Positions 30,187 through 49,312 are shown, counted from the stretch's first letter. The stretch: 64,000 nt of DNA from an uncultured delta proteobacterium (GCA_963832165.1 CAWHTE010000004.1:96001-160000), one strand, 5' to 3'. Notes: generated from the letters alone by a model not told the origin. Translations and numbers: made by a program.

Positions 30187-30311
30187 TCGAGGCACTGCGC
30201 AAGCGCCTGATCCGACTCCTGGATTCGCTCGACACCCTGATCTACGCGCTGCTCTTCCTGCTCGGCTTCGCGGCACTCGCGTACGCGGGATACGTCTCGA
30301 TCGTTGGATGA
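30183..30311 (+). CDS. small (42 aa) putative membrane protein
   Basis: GTG overlaps the upstream stop; one hydrophobic helix LIYALLFLLGFAALAYAGYV. Confidence 0.5.
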   Translation: MIEALRKRLIRLLDSLDTLIYALLFLLGFAALAYAGYVSIVG

Positions 30312-30368
30312 GCACCCTGGGTGCGAACCCACGCGCGCGCTACGGTTAGCGACCTGGGGGGGACGGCG

Positions 30369-30668
30369 ATGGGCGTGTGGCTCGCGATCGGTGTGGTCGC
30401 GATGGCGCTGGTGCTCGCGCTCACCGACGGGGAGTCGGGGCTGCGGACGTGGTGGGCGCTGCGCGACGACCTGCGCGCGGCGCAGGAGCGGATCGAGCGG
30501 CTCGAGAGCGACGTGGCGCACCTGGAGCGCGACAGCGGCGGACTCAAAGGTGCGGGCGAGTCGTTCGCACTCGAGCGCGCGATCCGCGAGCGCCTCGTGT
30601 ACGTGCGCGAGGGCGAAACGCTCGTGCGCCTCGATGCGCCCGGAGACACAAGTCCCCGGATTCCTTGA
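30369..30668 (+). CDS. septum formation initiator (FtsB/DivIC-like) protein
   Basis: TM helix, GESGL, coiled coil, ERAIRERLVYVREGE. Confidence 0.8.
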   Translation: MGVWLAIGVVAMALVLALTDGESGLRTWWALRDDLRAAQERIERLESDVAHLERDSGGLKGAGESFALERAIRERLVYVREGETLVRLDAPGDTSPRIP

Positions 30669-30704
30669 AAAAAAGTTCTCGACACGTCACCCTGGGCCCA
30701 CGCC

Positions 30705-32438
30705 ATGCGCGCCGCGCTCCAACAGCATCTCCAGGATCTCGTGCAGGATCTGCTCGACGAAGCCGGAGTCACCGATCCGGTGCCCGACTTCACGCTCGAG
30801 GTGCCGCGCCAGGCCGACCACGGGGACTTCGCGTGCAACGCGGCGATGCTGCTCGCGAAGGCGCTGCGCGTGCCGCCGCGCGCGATCGCGGAGCAGCTCG
30901 CCGAGCGGCTCGCCGCGAAGGGCGGACTCGTCGCGCGCGTGGAGGTCGCGGGTCCGGGCTTCGTGAACATCTGGCTCTCGGAGTCGCGCTGGCGCGACCT
31001 GCTCCAGAGCGTGCTCGCGGCGGGGTCGCACTTCGGAGAGTCGAAGAGCGGCGCGAGCCAGCGCGTGCAGGTGGAGTTCGTGTCGGCGAATCCGACCGGC
31101 CCGCTCACGCTCGGCCACGGGCGCCAGGCCGTGCTCGGCGACGCGATCGCGCGGCTGCTCGAGGCGACCGGCCACGACGTCACGCGCGAGTACTACTTCA
31201 ACAACGGCGGCCGCCAGATGCGGATCCTCGGCGAGTCCGTGAAGGCGCGCTACCTCGAGCAGCTCGGACTCGCGGCGCCGCCGCCGCCCGAGGCGCTCGC
31301 CGACCCCGAGAACGCATGGGTGCAGTCGGTCGACGGCATGCCCGTGGCCTTTCCGAAGGGCGGCTATCAGGGCGACTACATCGGCGAGCTTGCCGCGGAG
31401 CTGCGAGGGCGCCACGGCGCGGCGCTCGTGGACGAGCCCGGAGACGGGATCTTCCGCGAGACCGCCGAGACCCAGATCTTCGGCGAGATCCGCAAGACGC
31501 TGTCGGCGCTCGGGATCGAGTTCGACGTCTATACCAACGAGCGCGATCTCTACACCTCGGGCGAGACCGACCGCGTGCTCGCCGATCTCGAGCGCGCGGG
31601 CCTGCTCTACGAGATGGACGGCGCCAAGTGGCTGCGCTCCACGGCGCGCGGCCTCGAGCGCGATCGCGTGGTCGTGAAGGGCACGGGTGAAGCCACCTAT
31701 CTGTTGCCCGATCTCGCCTATCACCGCCAGAAGTTCGCGCGCGGCTTCGACCGCGTGATCGACATCCAGGGCGCCGACCACAAGGAGCAGTTCCCGTACG
31801 TGGTCGTGGGCGCGGGTGCGCTGGGCTGTCCGGTCGATCGGCTCGAGCTCATCATGCACCAGTTCGTCACGCTCACGCGCGGCGGCGAGCAGGTGAAGCA
31901 GTCGACGCGCCGGGCCACCTACGTCACCGTCGACGAGCTGCTCGAGGAAGTAGGCGCCGACGTATTCCGCTTCTTCATGGTGCAGCGGCGCGCCGAGAGC
32001 CACCTCGACTTCGACGTCGACCTGGCCAAGGACACCGACTGGAAGAAGAATCCGGCCTACTACGTCCAGTACGCGCACGCGCGCACGCACGCGATCGAGC
32101 GCAAGGCGCGCGAGCTCGGCGTGGTGATGCCGGACGCGGCCACCGTCGATGCCGACCCGCTCGTGCTGCCCGAGGAGATCGAGATCTTGAAGAAGATCTC
32201 CGAGTTCCCCGAGGTGGTGCAGCGCGCGGCCGACACGCGCGAGCCGCATCACCTCTGCTACTGGGCCCGCGAGCTCGCGGGCCTGTGGAACCCCTATCAA
32301 CAGGACGGCGTGCGCCACCGCGTGCTCTCCGACGATCCCGCGATGACGAGCGCCCGCCTGGGCCTCGCGCTCGCGGTGCGGATTGCACTCGCGGGTGCAC
32401 TGCGACTTTTGGGCATCTCCGCCCCGGAGCGAATGTGA
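30705..32438 (+). CDS. argS: arginine--tRNA ligase
   Basis: HGDFACN, GPGFVN, VEFVSANPTGPL, GADH, YVQYAHAR, SAPERM. Confidence 0.97.
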   Translation: MRAALQQHLQDLVQDLLDEAGVTDPVPDFTLEVPRQADHGDFACNAAMLLAKALRVPPRAIAEQLAERLAAKGGLVARVEVAGPGFVNIWLSESRWRDLLQSVLAAGSHFGESKSGASQRVQVEFVSANPTGPLTLGHGRQAVLGDAIARLLEATGHDVTREYYFNNGGRQMRILGESVKARYLEQLGLAAPPPPEALADPENAWVQSVDGMPVAFPKGGYQGDYIGELAAELRGRHGAALVDEPGDGIFRETAETQIFGEIRKTLSALGIEFDVYTNERDLYTSGETDRVLADLERAGLLYEMDGAKWLRSTARGLERDRVVVKGTGEATYLLPDLAYHRQKFARGFDRVIDIQGADHKEQFPYVVVGAGALGCPVDRLELIMHQFVTLTRGGEQVKQSTRRATYVTVDELLEEVGADVFRFFMVQRRAESHLDFDVDLAKDTDWKKNPAYYVQYAHARTHAIERKARELGVVMPDAATVDADPLVLPEEIEILKKISEFPEVVQRAADTREPHHLCYWARELAGLWNPYQQDGVRHRVLSDDPAMTSARLGLALAVRIALAGALRLLGISAPERM

Positions 32439-33133
32439 TGAACAGAGATCGGCGACATACGGGATGGGTCTCGACGCTCGCGACCCTGGTCGTACTGGTG
32501 GTGGTCGGATTCCTGTGCGGTGCGCTCGCGGGTTTCCTCTGGGAGGAGCCCGGGCTCGTGCTCGCCTACCTCTCCGGCGAGACCGAGCCCGTGGAGTTCT
32601 CCGAACCGGCTCCGGTCGCCGCGGCGCCGCCGGCCTTCGCCGAGCGCGAGGACCTCGCGTCGGACAGCGCCGCGGAGCTCCCCGCGGACGAGCCCGAGTC
32701 CGCGCCGGACGAGCCGCCCGCCGCGGAGTCGAGCGAGGACGTGACCGAAGTCGCGCCCATGCCCGTGCCGGCACCCGTGCCCGCCGCCGAGAAGCCGCCC
32801 GAGCGCAAGCCCGCGGAGAAGAAGCCCGCGCCCGCGCGCATCGCGGAGGAGAAGCCGGCGCCCGTGAAGGTCGCCGCGGTCGCCCCGGCGGGCGGGCGCT
32901 TCTCGGTGCAGGTGGGCGCGTTCGGAGACAGCGCCACGGCCGAGAAGCTCGCCGCGCGTTTGCGGTCGCGCGGCTATACCACCTACGTGAAGGCCGACGC
33001 GGAGGCGGGTGGCAAGCGCTATCGCGTGCGCGTCGGGCCCGTGAACGGGCGTCCGCGCGCGGAGGAGCTGGCCGCGAAGCTCGCAAAGGGCGAGAAGCTC
33101 CCGACCTGGATTCTCGACGAAAGCAAAGGCTGA
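32438..33133 (+). CDS. SPOR-domain cell-division protein (FtsN/DedD-like)
   Basis: N-terminal TM, Pro/Glu/Ala linker, FSVQVGAF..YRVRVGP. Confidence 0.88.
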   Translation: MNRDRRHTGWVSTLATLVVLVVVGFLCGALAGFLWEEPGLVLAYLSGETEPVEFSEPAPVAAAPPAFAEREDLASDSAAELPADEPESAPDEPPAAESSEDVTEVAPMPVPAPVPAAEKPPERKPAEKKPAPARIAEEKPAPVKVAAVAPAGGRFSVQVGAFGDSATAEKLAARLRSRGYTTYVKADAEAGGKRYRVRVGPVNGRPRAEELAAKLAKGEKLPTWILDESKG

Positions 33134-33139
33134 GCCCCC

Positions 33140-34039
33140 ATGCATTGGTTCGTGACGGGGAGCCGCGGTCAGCTCGGCTCGGCGCTCATCGAGCGCCTCG
33201 AGCGCGCGGGTGCGAGCGTTTCCGGCTGCGACAGCGCCGAGCTCGACGTCGCCGACCCCGTTGCGGTGAACGCGCGCGCTGCCTCGCTGCCGCGGCCGCT
33301 GGTCTGGGCGAACGCGGCCGGGTTCACGCAGGTCGACCGCTGCGAGCGCGAGCCCGAGCGCGCGCGGCGCTCCAACGCGGTGGCGCCCGCGGTGCTCGCG
33401 CAGGCGTGCGCCGAGGCCGGGGCGCGGCTCGTCCACGTCTCCACCGACTACGTGTTCGCGGGTGATGCGCGCCGGCCGTATCGCGAGGATGACCCGACCG
33501 GTCCGCGCTGCGTCTACGGAAGCACCAAGCTCGAGGGCGAGCGCGCGGTGCTCTCGGCGTCGGACGAGTTCCTCGTGGCGCGCACGAGCTGGGTGTTCGG
33601 CAAAGGGCGCAACTTCATCGCAGCCGTGCTCGATCAGGCCCAGGCGCGGCGCGCGGGCAAGGCCTCGGGGCCGCTGCGCGTGGTCGACGATCAGACCGGG
33701 CGGCCGACCTACGCCGTCGACCTCGCCGAGGCGATCGTCCAGCTCGTGTCGGCGGGCGCGCGCGGCCTCGTGCACGTCGCGAACGAGGGCATCACCACCT
33801 GGTGGGACCTGGCGCGCTGCGCGCTCGACCACGCGGGCTACCGCGACATCGCGATCGACCGGATCAAGACCAGCGACCTGCGGACCGATGCAGTGCGGCC
33901 GGCATGGTCGGTGCTCGACACCGCGCGCGCCGAGTCGTTCGGGGTGAAGATGCGCACCTGGCAGGAGGCCGTGGTGGCCTACCTGCGCTCGGATCATTCT
34001 CCACTCGCGAAGCGCGAGGAGGGCCCGGTCCATGCCTGA
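33140..34039 (+). CDS. rfbD: dTDP-4-dehydrorhamnose reductase
   Basis: [35 protein letters not shown]. Confidence 0.92.
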   Translation: MHWFVTGSRGQLGSALIERLERAGASVSGCDSAELDVADPVAVNARAASLPRPLVWANAAGFTQVDRCEREPERARRSNAVAPAVLAQACAEAGARLVHVSTDYVFAGDARRPYREDDPTGPRCVYGSTKLEGERAVLSASDEFLVARTSWVFGKGRNFIAAVLDQAQARRAGKASGPLRVVDDQTGRPTYAVDLAEAIVQLVSAGARGLVHVANEGITTWWDLARCALDHAGYRDIAIDRIKTSDLRTDAVRPAWSVLDTARAESFGVKMRTWQEAVVAYLRSDHSPLAKREEGPVHA

Positions 34040-34996
34040 TTGGCCTCGGCGCGTCCTCGTGCTCGGCGGGGCCGGGTTCATCGGATCGCACCTGTGCGCG
34101 CGCCTGCTCGAGGAGGGCGCGCACGTGATCGCGCTCGACAACCTGCTCACGGGGCGCGTGTCCAACATCGCGGCGCTGCTCGGCCACGAGCGCTTCACCT
34201 ACGTGAACTACGACGTCACGAACTACCTGCACGTCGACGGCGAGCTCGACGCGATCCTGCACTTCGCCTCGCCCGCCAGCCCCGCCGACTTCGAGCGCCT
34301 GCCGATCCAGATCCTCAAGGTGGGCTCGCTCGGCACCCACAAGGCGCTCGGTCTGGCCAAGGCCAAGAACGCGCGCTTCCTGCTCGCGAGCACCTCCGAG
34401 TGCTACGGCGACCCCGAGGTGAACCCGCAGCCCGAGACCTACTGGGGCAACGTCAATCCGATCGGCATCCGCGGCGTCTACGACGAGGCCAAGCGCTTCG
34501 CCGAGGCGATGACGATGGCCTATCACCGCCACCACGGCGTCGACGTGCGCATCGTGCGCATCTTCAACACGTTCGGGCCGCGCATGCAGGTGGACGACGG
34601 GCGCGCGATCCCGAACTTCTTCCGCCAGGCGATTCGCGGCGAAGACGTCACGCTCTACGGAGACGGCTCGCAGACGCGGTCGTTCATCTACGTAGACGAC
34701 CAGGTCGAGGGCATCCTGCGACTCCTGCGCTCGAGCTACGTCGGGCCCGTGAACATCGGCAACCCGAACGAGCTGTCGCTGCGCGCGATGGCCGAGAAGG
34801 TGGTGGCGCTGTGCGGCGGCACGAGTCGCATCGTCCACCGCCCGTTGCCGCCCGACGATCCGAAGGTGCGGCGACCCGACATCACGCTCGCGCGGCGCGT
34901 GCTCGACGGCTGGGAGCCGCAGGTGAAGGTGGAGGAGGGACTCGCGCGCACGCACGCGTATTTCGTGAGCGAGCTCGCGGCCCTCTCGAAGGCCAA

Positions 34997-35000
<4 letters not shown>
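34032..35000 (+). CDS. UDP-glucuronate decarboxylase-family SDR epimerase
   Basis: [52 protein letters not shown]. Confidence 0.9.
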
Positions 35001-36789
<1,789 letters not shown>

Positions 36790-36793
<4 letters not shown>

Positions 36794-37521
36794 GCCGCGG
36801 CCGCGATCTGTTCGCGACGTTCGCGATCGCGGTCACCGTTGCGTACGGAACCCGGCTGTTCCTGGCCGAGCCGTTCCGGATCCCGTCCGGCTCGATGCTG
36901 CCGACACTCTGGATCGGCGACTATCTGTTCGTGAACAAGCTCATGTACGGAGCGCGCTTTCCTCTCACGAACCTGCACCTCCCCGAGCTGCGCGCGCCCG
37001 AGCGCGGCGAGGTGGTGGTGTTCAGCGCCGCCGTGAAGGGCGACGAGATCTATCCGGCGGATCGACGCCCGGAGCTGCCGCGCATGGACTTCGTGAAGCG
37101 GATCATCGGGCTGCCGGGCGATCGCATCGACATCGTGGACGGCGTGATATTCGTGAACGGCGAGCCGATCGAGTCGCGGAAGAGCGGAGGCCATTTCGCC
37201 GACGACACGGGCCGCGAGCTCGATCTCCAGGAGGTCGAGCTCGGCGAGCGTCACTTCGCGGTGCTCGACGATCCGAAGATGCGCCCGCGCCCCGGTAAGT
37301 TCGAGGTCGAGCCTGGACGCTATTTCATGCTCGGCGACAACCGGGACTGGTCGAAGGACAGCCGCGCCTGGGGCACCGTGCAGCGCGCAGACATCAAGGG
37401 CCCCGCGTTCGTACTCTACTGGTCGTGGAACTTCTCGGGCGGCTGGCGCGAGCTCGTGGATCCCGCCACGTGGCGCGCTGCGGATGTGCGCTGGGATCGC
37501 ATCGGGCGCCTCATCCAGTGA
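36790..37521 (+). CDS. lepB: signal peptidase I
   Basis: [34 protein letters not shown]. Confidence 0.96.
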
Positions 37522-37919
37522 CCGTGTGGGCCGCGGTGATCTGGGCCGTGGGACTGTTGACCGCAGTTCCCTACGCAACCTACTACGTGGTCTTCGAGGC
37601 GAACCGCGAGCACTACGCGATGCTCATCACGTGGTTGCTGTTCTGGATCTTCGGCTACTGGGGCGTGGTGGGTCCGGTGCTCGTGGTCGTGAAGACGCGT
37701 CGGGTCTTCCGGGCCATCGGGCGCGCAGCGACGAGCGAAGATCTTCGCTCGGCTCTCGCGAGTCCGGACGCACGGGAGGTCGCGATCGATTTCATCGCGT
37801 CGGAGAACCACGTGCCGCGCTTCATTGCCGCTCGCGTGTACGAGCTGCTGGTCGCCCGGCTGCCGGCGTCGACAGCAGCGCAAGCTGCGCAGGCCCCGCC
37901 CGGCCAGGGATTTCGATAG
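37518..37919 (+). CDS. hypothetical membrane protein
   Basis: GTG overlaps the lepB stop; two to three hydrophobic segments. Confidence 0.6.
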   Translation: MTVWAAVIWAVGLLTAVPYATYYVVFEANREHYAMLITWLLFWIFGYWGVVGPVLVVVKTRRVFRAIGRAATSEDLRSALASPDAREVAIDFIASENHVPRFIAARVYELLVARLPASTAAQAAQAPPGQGFR

Positions 37920-38001
37920 GACCGATTCGCCGAACGGCGTTCTGCTGGTGCACGGCGCCGCGCTGGCGATGCCCGCACGAGGCGATATCCTCGGCCACCG
38001 C

Positions 38002-38040
38002 TGCTCTTTTAATTCCGTCCCGCGAGGCGGAGAAAGCGCA
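38002..38040 (+). promoter_or_regulatory. PyrR-binding RNA element
   Basis: CTTTTAATTCCGTCCCGCGAGGCGGAGAAAG matches the CUUUAA..GUCCnGnGAGGC PyrR-loop pattern; TCCG/CGGA and CTTTT/GAAAG stems; directly upstream of pyrR. Confidence 0.8.
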
Positions 38041-38136
38041 ACTTCGTTGGCACCCTCGACTCCCCAACCGCCCGCCCCTCGACTGCGCGCGTCGTCGACG
38101 GAGGAGGGCGCCCCGCGCGAAGCCGCGCTAGCCGGA

Positions 38137-38703
38137 GTGAGGACGCTGCTCGACGACGCGGGCATCCAGCGCTCGCTCTTGCGGATCGCCCACGAGATCG
38201 TGGAGCGGACCAGCGAGCCCGAGCGGCTGTATCTGGTCGCGATCCCGAACGGCGGCATTCCGCTCGCGCGCCGGCTCGCGCGCGGGCTGCGCGAAGTCGC
38301 CGACCTCTCGGTCCCGGTGGGCATCCTCGACACCACGCTCTACCGCGACGACCTCTTGACCACGGGCAATCGCCCCGCGCTGCGCCGAACCGAGATGCCG
38401 TCGGCGGTGGACGATCACATCGTGGTGCTCGTCGACGACGTGGTGAAGACCGGGCGCACGATCCGCGCCGCGATGGACGCGCTGATGGACTTCGGCCGCC
38501 CGCGCGCGGTGCAGGTGGTGGGGCTGGTCGACCGCGGGCACCGCGAGCTTCCGATCAAGCTCGACTACGTCGGCAAGAACGTGCCGACGCGCGCGCAGGA
38601 GCAGGTGCAGCTGCGCAACGTCGACGGCGAAGAGAACACGCTCGAGCTCGTGATCATCGGGGCTCCCGAGCACGGTGAGCCCGGAGAGGGGAAGGACCTG
38701 TGA
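38137..38703 (+). CDS. pyrR: bifunctional pyr operon regulator/uracil phosphoribosyltransferase (start uncertain; in-frame TTG at 38047 is an alternative)
   Basis: [45 protein letters not shown]. Confidence 0.93.
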   Translation: MRTLLDDAGIQRSLLRIAHEIVERTSEPERLYLVAIPNGGIPLARRLARGLREVADLSVPVGILDTTLYRDDLLTTGNRPALRRTEMPSAVDDHIVVLVDDVVKTGRTIRAAMDALMDFGRPRAVQVVGLVDRGHRELPIKLDYVGKNVPTRAQEQVQLRNVDGEENTLELVIIGAPEHGEPGEGKDL

Positions 38704-39641
38704 TCGGGCGCGACCTGCTCGGCATCGAGGACCTCGACCGCAGCGAGATCGAGCGCCTGCTCGACACCGCGGACCACATGCGCGAGATCGGCGAGCGCGA
38801 GGTGAAGAAGGTCCCCACGCTGCGCGGCCGCACGATCATCAACTTGTTCTTCGAGCCCTCCACGCGCACGCGCGCGAGCTTCGAGATCGCGGGCAAGCGG
38901 CTGTCGGCCGACGTGATCAACTTCTCGCCCTCGTCGTCGAGCACGAAGAAGGGCGAGAGCATTCTCGACACCGCCCGGACGCTCGAGGCCATGGACGCGG
39001 ACGCGGTGATCGTGCGCCACGAGGTATCGGGCGTGCCGAAGCGGATCGCCGCCGTGATCGAGGCGCCCGTGATCAACGCGGGCGACGGCGCCCACGAGCA
39101 CCCGACCCAGGCGCTGCTCGACCTCTTCACGGTGCGCCAGGTGAAGGGTCGGATCGACGGTCTCACCGTGACGATCGTGGGCGACATCCTGCACTCGCGC
39201 GTTGCGCGGTCGAACATCCTCGCGTTCCGGAAGCTCGGCGCCGAGGTGCGCGTGGCGGCGCCGCCGCCGATGATCCCGCCCGCGATCGAGGAGACCTTCG
39301 GCGTGAAGGCCTACACCTCGCTGCGCGAAGCGCTCGAGGGCGCCGACGTGGTGATGGCGCTGCGGATCCAGAACGAGCGGCTCGAGGGTGCGTTCTTCCC
39401 GAGCGTGCGCGAATACTCGGCCACCTACGGAATCGACCGCGCGAAGCTCCACTACGCCAAGGAAGACGCGATCGTGATGCATCCGGGTCCGATCAACCGC
39501 GGCGTCGAGCTCTCGCACGATCTCGCCGATCACCGCCCGGGCGTGATCCTCGACCAGGTGCGCAACGGCGTCGCACTGCGCATGGCCGTGCTCTACCTGT
39601 TCGCGGGGCGCGCGCCGAAGCGCGGAGGAGAGACATCGTGA
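38700..39641 (+). CDS. pyrB: aspartate carbamoyltransferase catalytic subunit
   Basis: [35 protein letters not shown]. Confidence 0.97.
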   Translation: MIGRDLLGIEDLDRSEIERLLDTADHMREIGEREVKKVPTLRGRTIINLFFEPSTRTRASFEIAGKRLSADVINFSPSSSSTKKGESILDTARTLEAMDADAVIVRHEVSGVPKRIAAVIEAPVINAGDGAHEHPTQALLDLFTVRQVKGRIDGLTVTIVGDILHSRVARSNILAFRKLGAEVRVAAPPPMIPPAIEETFGVKAYTSLREALEGADVVMALRIQNERLEGAFFPSVREYSATYGIDRAKLHYAKEDAIVMHPGPINRGVELSHDLADHRPGVILDQVRNGVALRMAVLYLFAGRAPKRGGETS

Positions 39642-40930
39642 CGCGGATCCTGATTCGAGGTGGGCGCGTGCTCGATCCGGCCGCCGAGCACGACGCGGTC
39701 GGCGATCTGCTGCTCGTCGATGGCCGCGTGGCGGCGATCGGCGGCAAGCTGCGCGTCGACGACGCGTTCGTGATCGACGCCGCGGGCTGCTGGGTGGCGC
39801 CCGGCTTCATCGATCTGCACAGCCACCTGCGCGAGCCGGGCCAGGAGTACAAGGAGAACATCGCGACGGGCGGGCGCTCGGCCGCGGCGGGCGGCTTCAC
39901 CGCCGTGGCGTGCATGGCAAATACGCATCCCGTGAACGACGACCCCGCCATGACCGACTACATCCTGGACCGCGCCAAGCACGATTCCCCTGTGCGCGTG
40001 TATCCAGTCGCGGCCGCGACCAAGGGCCTCGAGGGCAAGGTGATGACCGAGATGGCCGCGCTCGTGGCGGCGGGCGCGGTCGCGTTCAGCGACGACGGCA
40101 AGACGATCATGGACAGCGGTGTGATGCGCCGCGTGCTCCAGTACTCGAAGCTCGTCGAGGCGCCCGTGATCACGCACGCCGAAGACCGCACGCTCGTGGC
40201 GGGTGGCGTCGTGAACGAGGGTCCGGTCTCGACGCGCCTCGGCCTGCCGGGCAACCCCGGGATCGCCGAGGAGATACACATCTCGCGCGATCTCACGCTC
40301 GCGCGCGCCACGGGCGCCCACCTGCACGTGGCGCACGTCTCGACGCGCGGCGGGATCGAGCAGATCCGGCGCGGACGCGAGCTCGGCATCCACGTCACCT
40401 CCGAGGTGGCACCGCACCACCTCGCGCTCACCGACGAGGCCGCGCTCGACTTCGACACCAACGCCAAGGTTGCGCCGCCGCTGCGCTCGGCCGACGACCG
40501 CGATGCATGTCGCGCAGCGCTCGCCGACGGCACGATCGACGCGATCGCCACCGATCACGCCCCTCACGCACTGCACGAGAAGGAGCTCGATTTCCGCGAG
40601 GCTCCGCCCGGCATGATCGGCTTCGAGACCGCCGTGGCGGTAGTGCTCGACCTCGTGCGCACGAACGAGATCACTCCGCTCGAGCTCGTGCGTCGGCTGT
40701 CGACGAGCCCCGCGCGCATCCTGCGCGTGGCCGGTGGCTCGCTCGCGATGGACACAGTGGCGGACGTCGTGATCGTGGACCCCGCGCGCGAATGGACGTA
40801 CGACCCGGCCAAGGGCTATTCGAAGTCGGTCAACTCGCCGTGGGCGGGTCAGACACTCACGGGCCGCGTGACGCACACGATCGTGGGCGGCCAGCTCGTC
40901 TACGACGTCGAGCGCGGGATCCTTTCTTGA
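39638..40930 (+). CDS. pyrC: dihydroorotase
   Basis: [30 protein letters not shown]. Confidence 0.95.
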   Translation: MTRILIRGGRVLDPAAEHDAVGDLLLVDGRVAAIGGKLRVDDAFVIDAAGCWVAPGFIDLHSHLREPGQEYKENIATGGRSAAAGGFTAVACMANTHPVNDDPAMTDYILDRAKHDSPVRVYPVAAATKGLEGKVMTEMAALVAAGAVAFSDDGKTIMDSGVMRRVLQYSKLVEAPVITHAEDRTLVAGGVVNEGPVSTRLGLPGNPGIAEEIHISRDLTLARATGAHLHVAHVSTRGGIEQIRRGRELGIHVTSEVAPHHLALTDEAALDFDTNAKVAPPLRSADDRDACRAALADGTIDAIATDHAPHALHEKELDFREAPPGMIGFETAVAVVLDLVRTNEITPLELVRRLSTSPARILRVAGGSLAMDTVADVVIVDPAREWTYDPAKGYSKSVNSPWAGQTLTGRVTHTIVGGQLVYDVERGILS

Positions 40931-42132
40931 GCGCGCGCAAGCAGTCGAAGCCGGCGCGGCTCGCACTCGCCGACGGGACCGTCTACCGCGGCAGCGCGTT
41001 CGGCGCCGCAACGCTCGGCGTGGGCGAGGTGTGCTTCAACACCTCGATCACGGGCTATCAGGAGATCGTCACCGATCCGTCGTACGCGGGGCAGATCGTC
41101 GCGATGACCTACCCCCAGATCGGGAACGTCGGCACGAATGCGGAGGACGAGGAGGCGCGCCGGCCGTTCCTGTCGGGCTTCGTGGTGAAAGAGCTGTTCA
41201 CGCCCTCGAACTGGCGCTCGCGCGAGCCGCTCGACGAGTACCTGCGCCGCCACGGCGTGCCCGGGATCTCCGACATCGACACGCGCGCGCTCGTGCGGCG
41301 CCTGCGCGACGGCGGGTTCCAGGTGGGCGTGCTGTCGACCGACCCCGCGCGCCAGGACGAGGAGGAGCTCGTCGCGATCGCGCGCGCAGATTCGGGCCTC
41401 GAAGGGCGCGACCTCGCCGCCGAAGTCACGTGTGATGCGGCCTATCGCTGGAAGGACGGGCGCTGGGCGGGGATCGCGGGGCAGGTGCCGCGCCCGGGGC
41501 GCCCCACGCCCACGCGCAAGGTCGTCGCCTACGACTTCGGGATCAAGCGCAACATCCTGCGCCTGCTCGTCGAGCAGGGCTTCGAGGTGCACGTGGTGCC
41601 CGCGAGCGCGACCGCCGACGACGTGCTCGCGCTCGCGCCAGACGCGGTGTTCCTCTCGAACGGGCCCGGCGATCCGGCCGCGGTGCAGGGGATCCGCGCG
41701 CACGTGCGCAAGCTCGCGGAGAGCAAGCCCGTGTTCGGGATCTGCCTCGGCCATCAGATCCTCGGCCTCGCGCTCGGCGGAGAGACGCGCAAGCTCAAGT
41801 TCGGGCACCACGGCGGCAACCAGCCCGGCCAGGATCTCGCGACGGGCAAGGTCGCGATCTGCGCGGAGAACCACGGCTACGCGGTCGATGCGGACTCGCT
41901 GCGCGCGGCCGGCGAGCCCGTACGCATCACGCACGTGAACCTGAACGACGGAACCGTCGAAGGGCTCGCACACGAGACGCGGCCGCTCTTCTCGGTCCAG
42001 TACCACCCCGAGGCCTCGCCCGGCCCGCACGACGCGGCCTACTTCTTCGGGCGTTTCCGCGAGATGGTCGACCGGTTCGTCGCAGGCGAGAAGGTGACGG
42101 GCGCACAGATCGCCGCCGGGCGCGGGGACTGA
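40927..42132 (+). CDS. carA: carbamoyl-phosphate synthase small subunit
   Basis: [38 protein letters not shown]. Confidence 0.97.
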   Translation: MSARKQSKPARLALADGTVYRGSAFGAATLGVGEVCFNTSITGYQEIVTDPSYAGQIVAMTYPQIGNVGTNAEDEEARRPFLSGFVVKELFTPSNWRSREPLDEYLRRHGVPGISDIDTRALVRRLRDGGFQVGVLSTDPARQDEEELVAIARADSGLEGRDLAAEVTCDAAYRWKDGRWAGIAGQVPRPGRPTPTRKVVAYDFGIKRNILRLLVEQGFEVHVVPASATADDVLALAPDAVFLSNGPGDPAAVQGIRAHVRKLAESKPVFGICLGHQILGLALGGETRKLKFGHHGGNQPGQDLATGKVAICAENHGYAVDADSLRAAGEPVRITHVNLNDGTVEGLAHETRPLFSVQYHPEASPGPHDAAYFFGRFREMVDRFVAGEKVTGAQIAAGRGD

Positions 42133-42134
42133 CC

Positions 42135-45354
<3,220 letters not shown>

Positions 45355-45358
<4 letters not shown>

Positions 45359-46824
45359 GCCAGGAGCGCACACCGGTACTGATCGGCGTCGGCGCGGTCA
45401 CGCAGCGCGAGAGCGATCCCGCGCGCGCGCTCGAGCCCGTGTCATTGATGGCGCGCGCGCTCGAACGCGCGGCCGACGACGCGGGCTCGCGGCGATGGCT
45501 CGAGCGCGCCGATGCGATCGCGGTGCCGCGCGGATACTGGGCCTATGCCGACCCCGCGCGGCTCGTGGCGGAGCGCGTGAAGGCGGTCCGAGCGCGCACG
45601 CAGCTCGCCGAGATCGGCGTGCTCCAGACCACGCTGTTCGCGCGCGCGTGTTCCGCGATCGCCAGCGGTGAGGCCGAGGTCGTGCTGGTGACCGGCGGTG
45701 AAGCGAAGCACCGCGCGGCGCAGGCCGAGCGCGCCAGTGTGCCGGCCCCGATCACGGATCAGCCGGGCGCCGCGCCCGACGAGGTCTGGCGCCCGGTTGG
45801 CGACATCCTCGCCCCGATCGAGCTCACCTCGCATCTCGGCATGCCGGTGCGCCAGTACGCGGTGATCGAGAACGCGCTTCGATTTGCGGAAGGTCGGTCG
45901 CTCGAGGTGCACCGCAACGAGGTCGCGAGTCTCTGGTCGGAGATGAGTCGCGTAGCTGCAGAGAATCCGGACGCCTGGACCCGCGACTTCGTCACGTTGG
46001 ATCAGATCCGCGCTGCGGGCGCGGGCAACCGCATGCTCGCCTTTCCGTACACCAAGCTGCACAACTCGCAGTGGAACGTCGACCAGGCCGCGGGCCTGAT
46101 CTTCACTTCGGCCGCGCGCGCGCGTGCCGAGGGGGTTCCCGAATCGCAGTGGATCCACCCGCGCGCGGTGGTCGAGTCGAACTACATGCTGCCGCTCGTG
46201 CACCGCGCCGAGCTGCACCGCTGCGCCGCGTTCCGGATCGCGGGCCGGCGTGCCGCAGAGCTTGCGTCGCTGCGGCTCGCCAAGCTGGCCCATCTCGAGC
46301 TCTATTCCTGCTTCCCGGTCGCGGTGCGCGTGCAGCAGCGCGAGCTCGACATCCCGCGCGAGCGCGCCGTGACCGTGACGGGCGGCATGGCTTTCGCGGG
46401 CGGCCCGCTCAACAATTTCGTGCTCCAGGCCGCGGTGCGGCTCGCGCAGCGGCTGCGCGCGGAGCCCGGAGCCAGTGGAATGCTCAACGCCGTCTCCGGG
46501 ATCCTCACGAAGCAGGGCGTCTCCCTCTGGTCGTCGCGCTCCGGGCCCGAGTTCGCGGCGATCGACGTGAGCGACGAGGCGCAACGCGCGACGCGGCGGG
46601 TGGAGGTCGCGGCGGATTTCCGGGGCAGCGCGCGCGTGGCGGGCTACACGGTGCTGTACAACGGGGATCAGCCGGGGTCGACGGTCCTGCTCTGCGACAC
46701 TGCGGACGGTGCGCGCGCAGTGGCCGTGAGCGACGACCCCGGGCTCGCACAGATCGCCACGACGTCCGAGCTCACCGGGCGCGAGTTGGAAATCGCGGGC
46801 GATGGGGTGAAGCTGTCCTCCTGA
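45355..46824 (+). CDS. thiolase-like (acetyl-CoA acetyltransferase-related) protein
   Basis: [42 protein letters not shown] overlaps the carB stop. Confidence 0.75.
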
Positions 46825-46834
46825 CGGGGGCAGC

Positions 46835-49222
<2,388 letters not shown>

Positions 49223-49230
49223 ACGGCTGT

Positions 49231-49301
49231 CGGCGGGATCGCTTCGCTCTCCCGCCCTACGGGTTTCGTAGGGCGGGAGGAGCCGAAGGCGGATCCCGCC
49301 G
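49231..49301. repeat. pair of GTAG-family REP-like elements in divergent orientation
   Basis: plus strand GTAG-GGCGGGA-GGAGCCGAAGGCGGA-TCCCGCCG (49268-49301); minus strand GTAG-GGCGGGA-GAGCGAAGCGA-TCCCGCCG (49260-49231). Confidence 0.7.
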
Positions 49302-49312
49302 TGAGGGATCGC

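Noticed and set aside
30705..33133. argS coupled to a SPOR-domain gene
   Set aside because: A widespread, known gene adjacency
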